A stretch of DNA of 64,000 nucleotides from the IMG/VR virus record IMGVR_UViG_3300047539_000055, one strand, 5' to 3'. Of the stretch, positions 1 to 11,295 are shown piece by piece. The notes beneath the pieces are model-generated. The model ran no database searches. It was not told where the DNA came from and saw nothing but the letters and a program-made list of their open reading frames with translations. The translations under genes and the position numbers were made by a program. The stretch is from a virus (lineage: Duplodnaviria > Caudoviricetes). Positions within the stretch are counted from its first letter, which is position 1. Each line of letters begins with the position of its first letter.

Positions 1-2
1 CA

Positions 3-485
3 GCACTTGGATCACCGTTTACCAATATTGCTGTATTGCCAATCGTAACAAATGCTCTTGCTGATTTTGATTCTGCGAGTGGATTGATTGGAATGATTCT
101 CAGCGTCATTCACAAATATTATGGAGCAAGCACAATTACAAAAATTGACAATCCACCACAGCAAGCAATGTTTCAAAAAATTCCAGGTGCGCCGAATTTT
201 TCACCAACAGCCGTTCTTTCATCATTTCCATCATCGTTGGCATCAATGGCATCTTTGGGAACTCAGATACCAAATGCCAGTGAAATTACAGGTTTGGGCA
301 ATGTGACAAATTGTATAGATAATACGCTAACTGGGCAAGCATTGAGCGCCACGATCAAAGAGGCGCAAAATGCACAGGCTTTAGTGTCCAACGGTCTTAT
401 CTCTCAAGCACTTGCGACCAATCCAACCAAATTATTGACTTCTCCGACTGGTCTAAACACAATTGGTGGTGGAATTTTGAAATAA
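3..485 (+). CDS. 3' part of a hypothetical (possibly virion) protein, open from window start
   Basis: Frame open from nt 3 to TAA 485; Ser/Thr/Ala/Gly-rich; no motif recognised. Confidence 0.5.
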   Translation, partial: ALGSPFTNIAVLPIVTNALADFDSASGLIGMILSVIHKYYGASTITKIDNPPQQAMFQKIPGAPNFSPTAVLSSFPSSLASMASLGTQIPNASEITGLGNVTNCIDNTLTGQALSATIKEAQNAQALVSNGLISQALATNPTKLLTSPTGLNTIGGGILK

Positions 486-505
486 ATGATAAACCAAAAT
501 CTAAT

Positions 506-534
506 TTGACTTTTACTTCCTAAGCGTGTAAGAT
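506..534 (+). promoter_or_regulatory. sigma70-like early promoter
   Basis: TTGACT-N17-TAAGAT immediately before ATG 541. Confidence 0.6.
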
Positions 535-540
535 AGAAGT

Positions 541-1050
541 ATGCTTAGTGAACGAATCAAATCCGCAATAGATTTTGCCATTGTAAAACATCAAGGACAA
601 TTAGACAAAGCAGGAAAACCATATTTTGGTCATGTTCTGCGTGTTGCTCTTTCTGTTGCATCTCGGCAAGATATTCCAGACGATGATGATTATTTTATCT
701 CTGCAATTTTACATGATGTAGTAGAAGATGCCAAAGTTTCTTTGGCAGAAATTGAGGAACAATGGGGTAAAGTTGTTGCTGATGCCGTCGATTCTGTTTC
801 TCGTCAAATAAAACATAAAAGAAAAGAATCGTATATGCAGTTGATTGAACGGGCTAGTCAAAATGAGATTGGCATTGTTGTAAAGATGGCCGATCTTGAA
901 GATAACAGTAATCCTGAAAGAATTGCCTCGCTCCCGCCAGATAATAGAGATATTGTCAAGCGGTATGATCGTGCCAAGAAATATTTGCTGGAAGTAATTC
1001 GTGTAAAAGAGGAACAGAAAGTTGCAATGTCAATTGACGGCGGTGCATAA
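541..1050 (+). CDS. HD-domain protein, RelA/SpoT hydrolase-like (small alarmone hydrolase type)
   Basis: HxGQxDKAGxPYxxH, AILHDVVED and VKMADLEDN motifs. Confidence 0.8.
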   Translation: MLSERIKSAIDFAIVKHQGQLDKAGKPYFGHVLRVALSVASRQDIPDDDDYFISAILHDVVEDAKVSLAEIEEQWGKVVADAVDSVSRQIKHKRKESYMQLIERASQNEIGIVVKMADLEDNSNPERIASLPPDNRDIVKRYDRAKKYLLEVIRVKEEQKVAMSIDGGA

Positions 1051-2561
1051 TGTATATACCAATTTGGGAAATGATTATGTTTTTCATTCTTGCTTTCATT
1101 GGAGCATGTAGTGTGGAAAACTTTTTCAAAAAGGTTTGGAAAGATTTCAAAAAGGATCAAATAAAGCGAGGTAGGGTATAATGATTATTTTTGTTTTGTG
1201 GTTTTTGGTTTCCGCAATTACTTTTGTTTTGCTTATCAATCAGACGCGGAATAAGCAGTCAATCAGTATTGCTGATATGGTATTGATGTTAGTATTTGCC
1301 ATTTTATTTCCATGTGGTCTTGTTTGCTTAGTTAAATGGGATACTGTTGTTTTCTCTCAAAAAAATTCCGAGTCACCAAAAATTGATACAAACTTTTTGG
1401 GATGGTAAAATGAAAAAAGATTACGGTACTGCATCACACGAAGAAATTATGGCTGGTTATAAAACAGCGACTAAGATTGCCAACACGATCCGCGCAGTCA
1501 AAAATCCAGCGGTGCGTGACATGATCAAGCAAATGATTGCGATGATCAATATTGAGTTGCCAAACTAATATAGAAAAGGATAAAATATGAGATGTTATAA
1601 ATTTCAACAAGGTGACAATGTTTTGATTCATAGTATTGGACCGGATGGTAAAACATATCGTGCCAGGATTTGTGGACTCGCCCATGATTGGGGCGATGAT
1701 CCTGCTACATCTTACATTGTGGAAATGATTGATTCCATCAGGGATGATTATAAGTTTACACATTGTGTTATGCCAGCCGCGTGTTTGAAGTATGAAAAGT
1801 AAGAGCGGATACAAACTTCTAAGACTTCGTAAAAATGGAACTATTGGCCCATTGTTCATAAACAAGACAATGATAGTTCCTGTGGGAAAATGGCTAAAAG
1901 CTGAGACATTTCCCACCAAAGGATATGCAGTTAGAAAAGGTTGGCATTGCTGTGTAGAGCCAACCGCTCCGCATTTGACAATGAATGGTAGAGTTTGGTG
2001 TAAAGTTTCAATGCGTGATGTGGTTGAATATACTCGCCCCAAATCGCAGGGTGGTTTGTGGTTACTTGCAAATTATATGAGAGTTGATGAAATTTTGAAA
2101 GGAATATAATGAAGAAAACTATTGTATGTGTTTTGTTGCTTGGCGTGGGCATTGCCATTGGTCAACAAGTAAAGAAAATTTGGGTGACTCCACAATATCA
2201 AGATGATTATATTCGTGCTTGGTATATGGAAGATAAAGAAACTGGAACTCGCTGTTATTTGGTTCAATCAATTATAGAAGGCGTAGGAGCAAGTAGGCAA
2301 GTAACAATGAATTGTGTACCGAAAGGAAAATAAAATGGCTGTTGCAAAAATTTCACGAAAAAGATCAAAGATGGATGAAAACGTAGTGACTGGTAGAATG
2401 TCTGCAATCATAGTTGCATTTGGTATACTTGGTTGGATGATTCTTAATGCTTGGACATTATCAGTAAAATTTTAATCGTCCACGGAGTTGTGGAAATAGA
2501 AAAGACTCCCGTAATTGGGAGTTTTGCTTTATGAAACCAAATTTGAGATAAATACAACACT

Positions 2562-3020
2562 ATGATTAAAAAATTACAACCGATGATCTTGGGAGTCTTT
2601 TTGTGTTTGACAGGAATATCACTTGCCGAAAAATCTCCTTCCCCCGACCAAAGTTGCCTTGCTCAAGTTATCTATCATGAATCTGGTAATCAAAGTTTAA
2701 TGGGTCAATATGCCGTGGGAGAAGTCATATTAAATCGTGTTCGTGCTGGTGTTGCAGAAACAGTATGTGGTGTTGTTCATCAGCATGTTGGAAAGAGTTG
2801 GCAATTTGGAAGTTTTGTGAATAACAAGAAGCTGATTCCAACATCCCGCCGTAAATATTTTTACGATATCGCTCAACAAGTTCTTGATGGTGATACTGGT
2901 TTCTTTTTGCCATCGAATGTTTTGTATTTCAACAACACTCTATTTGACAAAACTAGGTATAGACTATATGGAAAAATTGGACAGCAATACTTCTTCACCA
3001 GAATCCATCGCAACCGATGA
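2562..3020 (+). CDS. SleB/Hydrolase_2 cell wall hydrolase with N-terminal signal/anchor
   Basis: CLAQVIYHESGNQ, AVGEVILNRV, VCGVVHQ, WQF motifs; late promoter GATAAATA just upstream. Confidence 0.85.
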   Translation: MIKKLQPMILGVFLCLTGISLAEKSPSPDQSCLAQVIYHESGNQSLMGQYAVGEVILNRVRAGVAETVCGVVHQHVGKSWQFGSFVNNKKLIPTSRRKYFYDIAQQVLDGDTGFFLPSNVLYFNNTLFDKTRYRLYGKIGQQYFFTRIHRNR

Positions 3021-6000
3021 AGAAAAATATGTGTATCTGATGTTCTGTGGATGGATAGTAAGTCCCGATGGACTTATTTTTCATAAGGAATTTAACGGTC
3101 ATACAACTATTTCAGATGTTTTGTCATATGCTTATAAATGCCAAAAACAATATGATAAGAACGGTTCGTTTTTCGGCAAGGTACAGCAAAAATATCTGGA
3201 AAGTGCTGATCCTATTGAAGATAACATGAATCTCGATATTTATACTTGACTTTTATTCAGATTTTTGGTATACTTGAATTGTAACCGAAAGGACTCAATG
3301 AAAATCGTACACTCTTTGATGGCGTTTATTGCAAACAAGATGCCGCCGCCTGTTCACCCCGCTGATTTGAAGTCAAATATCAATGTGAACGCTATTGCCA
3401 ATGCCCTTGAAAAGACTTCAAAGGTATTGGCAGAATTGCGTCTTGGTGGATCAACTGGTGTTGTCAATGCCGATGCTATTGCCACTTGGGAAATTATTCA
3501 AGCATCTTTGCAACGTAAATGGATGGACGCAATGATTGAAGTAAGCACGAAAGGAAATTTTACCTTTGAATAAAAAAGACAAACAAGAGTTTTATTTGAT
3601 GTTGAGTGGTTGGAGTATGGAGCGTTATAAAGAAATTGGTGGATACTACTACACAATCTATATTCCTCCAGAAAATTCAACATATCGAAAAAGATATAGG
3701 TGGACGACATTTTTAGATAATGCTTATCGCGCACAAAAGAGAGCAGATTTGAGACAGCGAACGAAGGTATAATGACTAAACAAATCACGAAAGACAAAAA
3801 AGAGTTTTATTTGATGTTGAGTGGTTGGAGTATAGTGCGTTGTCCGAATCATAGTATTTTCTATAATTCACCAGATGGTGGTAGATGGACAACTCTTTTA
3901 GCTAGCGCTTATCGCGCATAAAAGAGAGCAGATTTGAGACAGCGAACGAAGGTATAATGACTAAACTTACAAATGACGAAATGGAAATGTATCTTATGTT
4001 TTGTGGATGGCATATCAATCATAAAACATATATAGGACGTGGTATTTCTTGTGATACATATTTTCCGCCAACTGGTAATCTAGGACATTATTCTTTAGAA
4101 GATGCATTTTTAGACCAGAAGAATCGTGATGTGTAAAATTACTGACGACGAAAAACGAATGTATCTAATGTTTCATGGATGGCATATGGAAGAAAATTTG
4201 CCTCGGCGCGGTGAACTGTGGGGGAACGATGAACGTAATCTTTTTTATTATTTGTTGAAAAACGCATATCTTGTAGTGAGGCTGGAAAATGGCTATACTG
4301 ACTGACGACGAAAAAAGAATGTATCTTATGTTTCACGCATGGAAAAGGCGTGAAATCACATCCATGCGGGAAGCATGGATTCGTGAAGATGAAGACAGTT
4401 TCTATTATTCGTTGGAAGATGCATATCGTTTTGTAAGACGGGGAGAATGGTTATCAAATGGCTACACCGACTAACGACGAAAAACGAATGTATCTGATGT
4501 TTCATGGATGGACACGCTCAAAAGGATCAATAGATGATATTTATGAAATATGGTCTAATGGTGAACGTGCCTTTTATTTTTTGAAGGATGCATATAATTG
4601 TGTAAGGGATAAAGATGGTCAAATCAACTGACGACGAAAAACGAATGTATCTAATGTTTCATGGGTGGACACATGCACAAGGATCATCTGATGATTATGA
4701 GGTATGGATTAGTTGTACAGGTGGCGCTTATTTTTTGAAGGATGCGTATAATACTGTAAGGGAAGAACATGGCCAATTTGACTAAAGACGCAAAAGAAAT
4801 GTATTTGAAGTTGCATAATTGGACTATTGATTATGCTACCGATCCAGATATTGCTTGTTATACGCCACCTTTTATAAACTATGATGATTTTGAACAGCGC
4901 TTGATATTGACTTACAATTTGGATAAAGCGCTGGCATATCAAAGAAAGATTGATAGGTTTAGAAATGGCCAAACTAACTAACATCGAAAAGGAAATGTAT
5001 CTCAAACTTTTTTCAAGTTGGAAGAGTCAAGAGGCCGAGTGGGATGGAAACACCGATTCTGGACAGCCACAGTATATTGTTGGAAATATGTATTGGTGTC
5101 ATGAAGATGATGATGGGTGGTTACCTAAGTCGTGGCTTACAACTGATGAAGCTTTTGATAGACAGAGAGAGTTAGAAAAATGGTAAAAATAACCGATGAA
5201 GAAAAATCCGTGTATCTAATATTCTGTGGATGGAAATCTGTGATTGCAAGTTTCCGCAACGACAACTATATAGGTGGTGTTCGTTATTGGAATTTGGAGG
5301 AAGCATTTGACGTGAAGTTTCTTCCGTGGTTAACCATAGAAAAAGCTTTCCGAAAGCAGAAGAGTTGGGACAATGGAACATCAATTAAGTAATGACGAAA
5401 AAGAAATGTATCTAATGTTGACTGGTTGGACTACAGAAATGTATGGTAATGATCGTTGGTGGAATCCACCAATAGGATCACCAATTTTAAGAAAACTCCT
5501 ATCAACAAAACTCATTGATAATGCTGTGGGATATCAAAAGAGGGAAGATGGACTCGAATCATATAACTGATGATGAAAAGAAAATGTATATTATGCTACA
5601 TGGGTGGAGAATCATACCAAAGTATGATGGTTATAGAACAGCATATCTTCAACAAAATAATGGAACTTATAATCTTGATGAGGCATACGATGAAGTCAAA
5701 CACAAAAAAATTGACTGATGAAGAAATGGAAATGTATATGCGATTTCTTCCAGATTGGAAAAGTGTAATTGCCGATCATGATGATGTTAGATATAATTAT
5801 GTAAAAGGCTGTCGATATTGGAATAATGGGAATAGATTATTTGATTGGTATTCTTTAGCAACGGCTTTTGAATTGGCAAGGTATAAAAAATGACAGATGA
5901 TGAAAAAGAGTTTTATCTGATGCTTTGTGGATGGGAAAGTGAGATTGCAATAAAAAACGCTTCGAAAAAATATTACATAACGGGAGTTCGTTATTGGACT

Positions 6001-6843
6001 ATCAATAATATGTGTCCGTGGTTATCCATAGAAAAAGCGTTTCGATATCAGAAGGAGTTAGATTGTGGAAATAACAAAAGATGAAAAGGAATTCTTTTTG
6101 ATGTTGCATGATCTTGAAAGTTGTGTTCTCACTGTTGATCCAAATAGATTTCCAGGTTATGATTCAAAATTTATTCAAGGTGAAAAGTATTGGTTGAATC
6201 CTGTTCTTGATCATACATTGGAGTTGAGATTACAAGATAGATGGCTTAGTACTGATGAAGCATATTGGTTGATGACAAATGATAAGCAATGAAGAAATGG
6301 AAATGTATATGATATTTTGCGGATATCGTTCGGAGCAATATAATGGTAGTATTGATTTTAAACAAGGTGGCCGCACTATTTATAAGGTAGGAGAAACTTA
6401 TTGGGAATGTGGTGATCATCCAATTCCTTGGCTACCACTACGCAAAGCTTTTGAAAAATGAGATACAAAGATGCCAAATGAAGATGAAAAAGCGATGTAT
6501 TTAATATTGTGTGGGTGGGAATATGTAGTTTCTAATATAGATAATCCTCATTGGCGCGGTGAACGTGCTTGGTTTTATCCTGAAGGTGCTTTGGGATACG
6601 TAACCACGAATCAGGCATATGAGATGGAGAGATATAAAGATGCTGAGTAATGACGAAAAAGAAATGTATATGATGCTTTTGCCGCAGTGGAGCAGTTGCA
6701 TTGCTGGCCCTAATGACCCAGAATTTTATGTGGGAGGGGCTAAATATTGGCTTCATTGTAACGCTCCAATCAAGGATACTAATCCTTGGATTACCTTAGA
6801 AGAAGCTTTTGAAGCTGAAATGTCGAAAATGTATGAAAAATAA
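2968..6843 (+). repeat. Tandem array of ~19 short paralogous ORFs (about 40-95 aa) with N-terminal T(D/N)DEKxMYLMxxGW motif
   Basis: Motif seen in ORFs starting at about 2968, 3566, 3772, 3957, 4129, 4289, 4458, 4614, 4769, 4965, 5180, 5373, 5548, 5689, 5890, 6065, 6279, 6471, 6640; C-terminal L(E/D)xA(Y/F); mostly overlapping start/stop codons. Confidence 0.9.
3246..3274 (+). promoter_or_regulatory. sigma70-like early promoter
   Basis: TTGACT-N17-TATACT with extended TG. Confidence 0.75.
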
Positions 6844-6900
6844 AATTAAATATTTTGTTTTATAATTCAAACAATGTTGATATTTTGTATAAATAGATGT

Positions 6901-7836
6901 ATGGCAAATAAAAAATTAACCCGCGAAGGGATCATTGAAAAACTTCAAGCAGTTCATGGTAACAAATTTGATTATTCAGAATTTGTATATGAAGGAAGTA
7001 AGTCAAAAGCAACAATAATTTGTAATAACTGCGGAGAAAAATTTTCGCAATGGTTATGTCATTTGAAATACTGTCCAAATTGTGAGGGAAGATATAAGAA
7101 ATTTAATAGTAATTTTATTATTGCCCAAATCAAAGAGAAGTTTGGTGATACATATGGATTTGATAAATTTATTTGGGCTGGATCAAAAACACCAGTTATT
7201 TTGAAATGTCAAAAGCATGGATACTTTGAACAAAGAGTGAATAGTTTATTGGCAGATATAACACCTTACTGTTGCTCAAATAAGCAACCGTGGACAACGG
7301 AAAAATTTATCAACGAGTCACAAAAGATTCATGGACAGTTATATGATTATACCAAAACTGTATATAAAAATTGTCGAACAAAGGTTATAATTATTTGTTC
7401 TAAGCATGGATACTTCTTGCAATCTCCAACAAATCATCTTCATATGAAAACTGGGTGTCCAATTTGTTCTGCATCTAAAGGTGAACGAATTATTGAAAAA
7501 TGGTTACAAAAGAAGTTATTGACATATTTTAGACAGTATAGATTTGAAAATTGCCGATATAAAAATCCACTTGTGTTTGATTTTGCAATTATGGATAATG
7601 ATGGTGTTCAATGGTTGATAGAATTTCAAGGTGAGCAACATTATAGACCAATTGATTGGAGCGGTAAACTCTCTGAAAAAGAGAAAAATAAAATTTTTGA
7701 TACAGACAAGAAACGCGATCAAATTAAAAATCAATATTGTCAAGAGAATAATTTAAAACTCCTTCTTATTCCATATTGGGATGAAAAAAACATCAATAAA
7801 ATATTGAAAATGAGTATTCTAAGTGATTCAAAATAA
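6901..7836 (+). CDS. Free-standing homing-type endonuclease (repeated Cys/His DNA-binding units plus C-terminal DUF559/Vsr-like nuclease domain)
   Basis: Repeated HG..YDY..YxxxxxxVxIxCxxHG units; SKGE..I, FDF, IEFQGEQHY, LLxIPYW; late promoter TATAAATA just before ATG 6901. Confidence 0.8.
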   Translation: MANKKLTREGIIEKLQAVHGNKFDYSEFVYEGSKSKATIICNNCGEKFSQWLCHLKYCPNCEGRYKKFNSNFIIAQIKEKFGDTYGFDKFIWAGSKTPVILKCQKHGYFEQRVNSLLADITPYCCSNKQPWTTEKFINESQKIHGQLYDYTKTVYKNCRTKVIIICSKHGYFLQSPTNHLHMKTGCPICSASKGERIIEKWLQKKLLTYFRQYRFENCRYKNPLVFDFAIMDNDGVQWLIEFQGEQHYRPIDWSGKLSEKEKNKIFDTDKKRDQIKNQYCQENNLKLLLIPYWDEKNINKILKMSILSDSK

Positions 7837-7852
7837 AGGGTTTATTTTATAT

Positions 7853-7881
7853 TTGACTTTTGATTCAATACTTGTTATAAT
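7853..7881 (+). promoter_or_regulatory. sigma70-like early promoter for ligA
   Basis: TTGACT-N17-TATAAT. Confidence 0.75.
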
Positions 7882-7887
7882 GTATCT

Positions 7888-9885
7888 ATGAGTCAAGAAA
7901 TCAAAACCGCAGTTGAAAAGATGAATCAAGAGTTGTTGGATGGACAGAATGCTTATTATTCCGGAAATCCAATTATGTCAGATGCCCAATATGATACCTT
8001 AGAGGGTCAACTTTCGGCTATTGTGACAAAAAATCCACAGTATTCAAATATTGCTACAACTTTACTGCGAGTCGGGGTTGAAGCTAATTCTGTATTGCGT
8101 ATTCCTCATGCAAAACCCATGTTGTCAATTGAGAATTACTACACAGAAGAATCTTTTGTCAAAGCTATTCAAAACTATGGTGCAATTGTATTGGTTGAAC
8201 CAAAGCGAGATGGATGCAGTTGCGAACTCACTTATATTGATGGTAAATTGCTACGCGCTGTATCTCGTGGAGATGGAAATTCAGGCGAAGACCAAACCGC
8301 CCAAGTTAAAGTTTGTAAAAAAATCCCGCAAAAAATTAAAACTCACATTCATGATTTGCGCATTCGTGGCGAGATAGTAATGTGTAATTCGGAATTAACA
8401 CGCATCAATTCGCTCGTTAGTGAAAAAACATATGCCAATTCTCGGAATTTAGTAGCAGGAACTTTAAAACAGAAAGACTTGACAATTGTAAAGTCTCGCG
8501 AAATTTCTTTAATTCCTTGGGATGTATATTCACCAGAAGAAGATAATTTATTACCAGATAGCGCATATGATAGAATGCAATTGGTGTCTACCTTTGGATT
8601 CTCGCAATATGAAGGTGAAAAAATTCATCGTCAAAATAGTGTAGATATTATTCAGTCACTCCATAAAATTTTGGCGCAAAACGAATTGTCTGATATTACT
8701 GCTGATGGAGTTGTAGTTAAGACTGATAGTTATCGTTTACGTGAAAAACTTGGAGTAGGAACAAAATTCAGTAAATTTCAGCATTGCTTCAAGCCTCAGA
8801 ATATGGTTGCGACTACAACGTTGCTTGGAATTGAATATGGTCTTGGTCGCACTGGTAAGGTAACGCCTGTTGCCTTGCTCAAGCCTGTTGATCTTGGTGG
8901 TGCAATGATTGGACGCGCTTCAGTTTGCAATGAAACCTACATGGAAACACTTGATCTAACAATCGGCTGCGAAGTTGAATTGGTTCGCTCTGGTGACGTG
9001 ATTCCTTATATCGTCAAGGTGACGAAAAAGGGAACAAAGAAATTTGTTTTCCCGACTCATTGCCCATCTTGCAAATCGCTTCTGGCATTTGACCCTACAT
9101 CTGAAATCGTTCAGCGTATGTGCGTAAACAGCAATTGTGCTGGTAAGGCCGCTGAACAGTTTGCTTATGTTGGCAAGCGTGAGACTTTGGAAATCGACAA
9201 TCTTGGTGATTCAATGGCTGCTGAACTTGTAGCACAGAAGATTACCACTCTTGCTGGATTGTTTACATTCGGCAATGACATTGCTAAGATGCCAAAACTT
9301 TTGGAATCAATGTTTTCATTCCGTTCCAATGTCAACACACTAAAGATGGTAAAGAGTCTTGAAACAGCAAAGACTGCCACTTGGGATAGATGGATTGCCG
9401 CCCTTGGAATTTCTTTTATAGGTCATAGTTTGGGTAAAGAAATTTCAAAAGCTTTGAAGTTGACTTCGGATGATATGAAGAATCTGCCAACTCTTTTACT
9501 TAAACTTCCTGCTTTGAATCTTGATAAATTAGGAGCAGTAAAAACTGCCTCAATCGTTGACTGGGCAAAAGATAAGAACAATATTCAATTTTGCGCTCGG
9601 TTGTATAATGCTGGCGTTCGTCCAGCATCATTAGTAACTAAAGTAGTTGGAGGAAAGATGAAACTTAGTAGAACGAAATTTGTAATGACGGGCGAGTTAA
9701 AAATGGGTACTCGTAAAGTAGTGGCCGCTCAATTGGAAGCACTTGGAGCGGAAGAACTTTCGGCTGTATCATCGGCTTGTAATCTTCTGATTGTTGGTGA
9801 AAATCCAGGATCAAAACTTGCCAAAGCACAAGCGAAAGGCATCAAGATTGTTGATGAAAATTGGGTTAAGGAACAACTTGGATAG
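7888..9885 (+). CDS. ligA: NAD+-dependent DNA ligase
   Basis: YY..P.MSDAQYD, EPKRDG (KxDG), RGE, GRTGKVTPVA, RSGDVIP, Cys4 Zn finger, HhH, C-terminal BRCT (GENPGSKLAKA). Confidence 0.95.
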   Translation: MSQEIKTAVEKMNQELLDGQNAYYSGNPIMSDAQYDTLEGQLSAIVTKNPQYSNIATTLLRVGVEANSVLRIPHAKPMLSIENYYTEESFVKAIQNYGAIVLVEPKRDGCSCELTYIDGKLLRAVSRGDGNSGEDQTAQVKVCKKIPQKIKTHIHDLRIRGEIVMCNSELTRINSLVSEKTYANSRNLVAGTLKQKDLTIVKSREISLIPWDVYSPEEDNLLPDSAYDRMQLVSTFGFSQYEGEKIHRQNSVDIIQSLHKILAQNELSDITADGVVVKTDSYRLREKLGVGTKFSKFQHCFKPQNMVATTTLLGIEYGLGRTGKVTPVALLKPVDLGGAMIGRASVCNETYMETLDLTIGCEVELVRSGDVIPYIVKVTKKGTKKFVFPTHCPSCKSLLAFDPTSEIVQRMCVNSNCAGKAAEQFAYVGKRETLEIDNLGDSMAAELVAQKITTLAGLFTFGNDIAKMPKLLESMFSFRSNVNTLKMVKSLETAKTATWDRWIAALGISFIGHSLGKEISKALKLTSDDMKNLPTLLLKLPALNLDKLGAVKTASIVDWAKDKNNIQFCARLYNAGVRPASLVTKVVGGKMKLSRTKFVMTGELKMGTRKVVAAQLEALGAEELSAVSSACNLLIVGENPGSKLAKAQAKGIKIVDENWVKEQLG

Positions 9886-9899
9886 TTAGTAACTTTTGA

Positions 9900-10196
9900 A
9901 CTGGAAACGATCTGATTGTTAAATGTAATACGGTTATTAAGTCTCTCAACACCGATAATGATCTTGTTGTTAATTCCAAGCAAGATGCATATGCCAGTGG
10001 ATTATGCGAAGGAATAGTTATAGCCACTGCCTCAACTATAACTCTTGGTGAAGCTTGGAATACACAACAGATGCCCACTAATATTCAAATGGTTCGGGTA
10101 GTAGTCAAATATCTCGATGATAATCCAGAGAAGTTGAATTTAGGGGCAGGATTTTTGATTCGCACTGCTCTAATCAAGGCATTTCCAAAAAAGTAA
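9900..10196 (+). pseudogene. Rap1a/Tai-like immunity protein remnant lacking start and signal peptide
   Basis: Frame not in ORF track: TGNDLIVKC...GLCEGIV...QMVRVVVKYLDDNPEKLNLGAGFLIRTALIKAFPKK*; preceded in frame by TGA. Confidence 0.6.
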
Positions 10197-10202
10197 CAGG
10201 CC

Positions 10203-10250
10203 ATAAAGATCGTTGACGAAAAGTGGGTGGAAAAAGTTCTCGGTTTGTAA
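10203..10250 (+). pseudogene. Orphan duplicate of the ligA 3' end
   Basis: Encodes IKIVDEKWVEKVLGL* versus LigA C-terminus IKIVDENWVKEQLG*. Confidence 0.75.
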
Positions 10251-10362
10251 TGTCAGATGTTCATACAAAACGCGGTGATACAGTTTTCAAAGTATTGTTT
10301 GACGTATTGGTAGTTGTAGGCATAATACTGTTTACCATGTTTGCATATGTCGGCATTGTGCG

Positions 10363-10782
10363 ATGAAAGGTTTTATGAAGGAAATGAATAAAATTTTCGC
10401 AAAGCATGGGTCATATCTTTGCGGTTATAGCATTGATATGAATTTTACTGAAATAAGCGGAGTTTATTTCCGTAGTACACGCAGAAAGACTTATTCAACA
10501 GATAGACATAGATTGTGGGAAGGTCAGAACGGCAAATGTCATTGGTGCGACAAACAGTGTGTTTTTTATGAAACAGAAGGATCAGCGCTTTTTACCGTGG
10601 ATCATGTAATTCCGTTGTCTAATAAAGGGACAAATCATTGGATGAACCTTGTCGGAAGTTGCTACCACTGTAACCATAAACGAAATATTGAATGGCAAAA
10701 TTATACAAATGTGAGTTTCAATAAACCCGAGGAGATTTATGAAATATGTAATTTTAGCAGTAATGTTGTTGTCAACAATTAG
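10363..10782 (+). CDS. HNH endonuclease
   Basis: CHWC...TVDHVIPLSNKGTNHWMNLVGSCYHCN. Confidence 0.85.
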   Translation: MKGFMKEMNKIFAKHGSYLCGYSIDMNFTEISGVYFRSTRRKTYSTDRHRLWEGQNGKCHWCDKQCVFYETEGSALFTVDHVIPLSNKGTNHWMNLVGSCYHCNHKRNIEWQNYTNVSFNKPEEIYEICNFSSNVVVNN

Positions 10783-11257
10783 CGTTTTTTCTCAAGATGA
10801 AAAAGATACAATTCCCCCACCCCCATCACAAGCAGAGATGAAGGAATTAGTAAACAAATTTGCTCAAGATGTAGTAGCATATGATAAAGTTGTCAAACTA
10901 TCTAAACCTGTGATGTCAGATGCAGTTTATCAAAAAGATGAATACGCAATCACTCTTGCTAATACTCTAATAACTAAATTGAATGAAACTAATAATATGT
11001 CGGCAGGGCAAATGGTTTTATTTTTGTCAATCATAGACGATCTAACTTTGGATTCGGCGCAAACTGCTGCTGTTGTTGAAACAGAATATATTGAACATTT
11101 GTCGCAAAGCAAATCAGACACGCCAGCTATATTTCTTGAATGGAATCAATTGTTGAATGAATCTTCTTCATTTTATGATCTTTCAGATTTGGTTTTACAT
11201 GCAACCATACGATACGTTGATGCCGAAGAATACGTATTGGTCAAACTTTTGAAATAA
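10739..11257 (+). CDS. Secreted hypothetical protein
   Basis: N-terminal signal peptide MKYVILAVMLLSTISVFS. Confidence 0.6.
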   Translation: MKYVILAVMLLSTISVFSQDEKDTIPPPPSQAEMKELVNKFAQDVVAYDKVVKLSKPVMSDAVYQKDEYAITLANTLITKLNETNNMSAGQMVLFLSIIDDLTLDSAQTAAVVETEYIEHLSQSKSDTPAIFLEWNQLLNESSSFYDLSDLVLHATIRYVDAEEYVLVKLLK

Positions 11258-11295
11258 CCGTCCAGCGGAGTTGCTGGAAATTATGAAAGGTAAAC

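Noticed and set aside
2968-6843. CRISPR array or DGR explanation for the periodic ACTGACGACGAAAAA..ATGTATCT repeats
   Set aside because: Repeats are degenerate at codon third positions and in frame with ORFs; spacing is irregular; no cas or reverse transcriptase gene in the window
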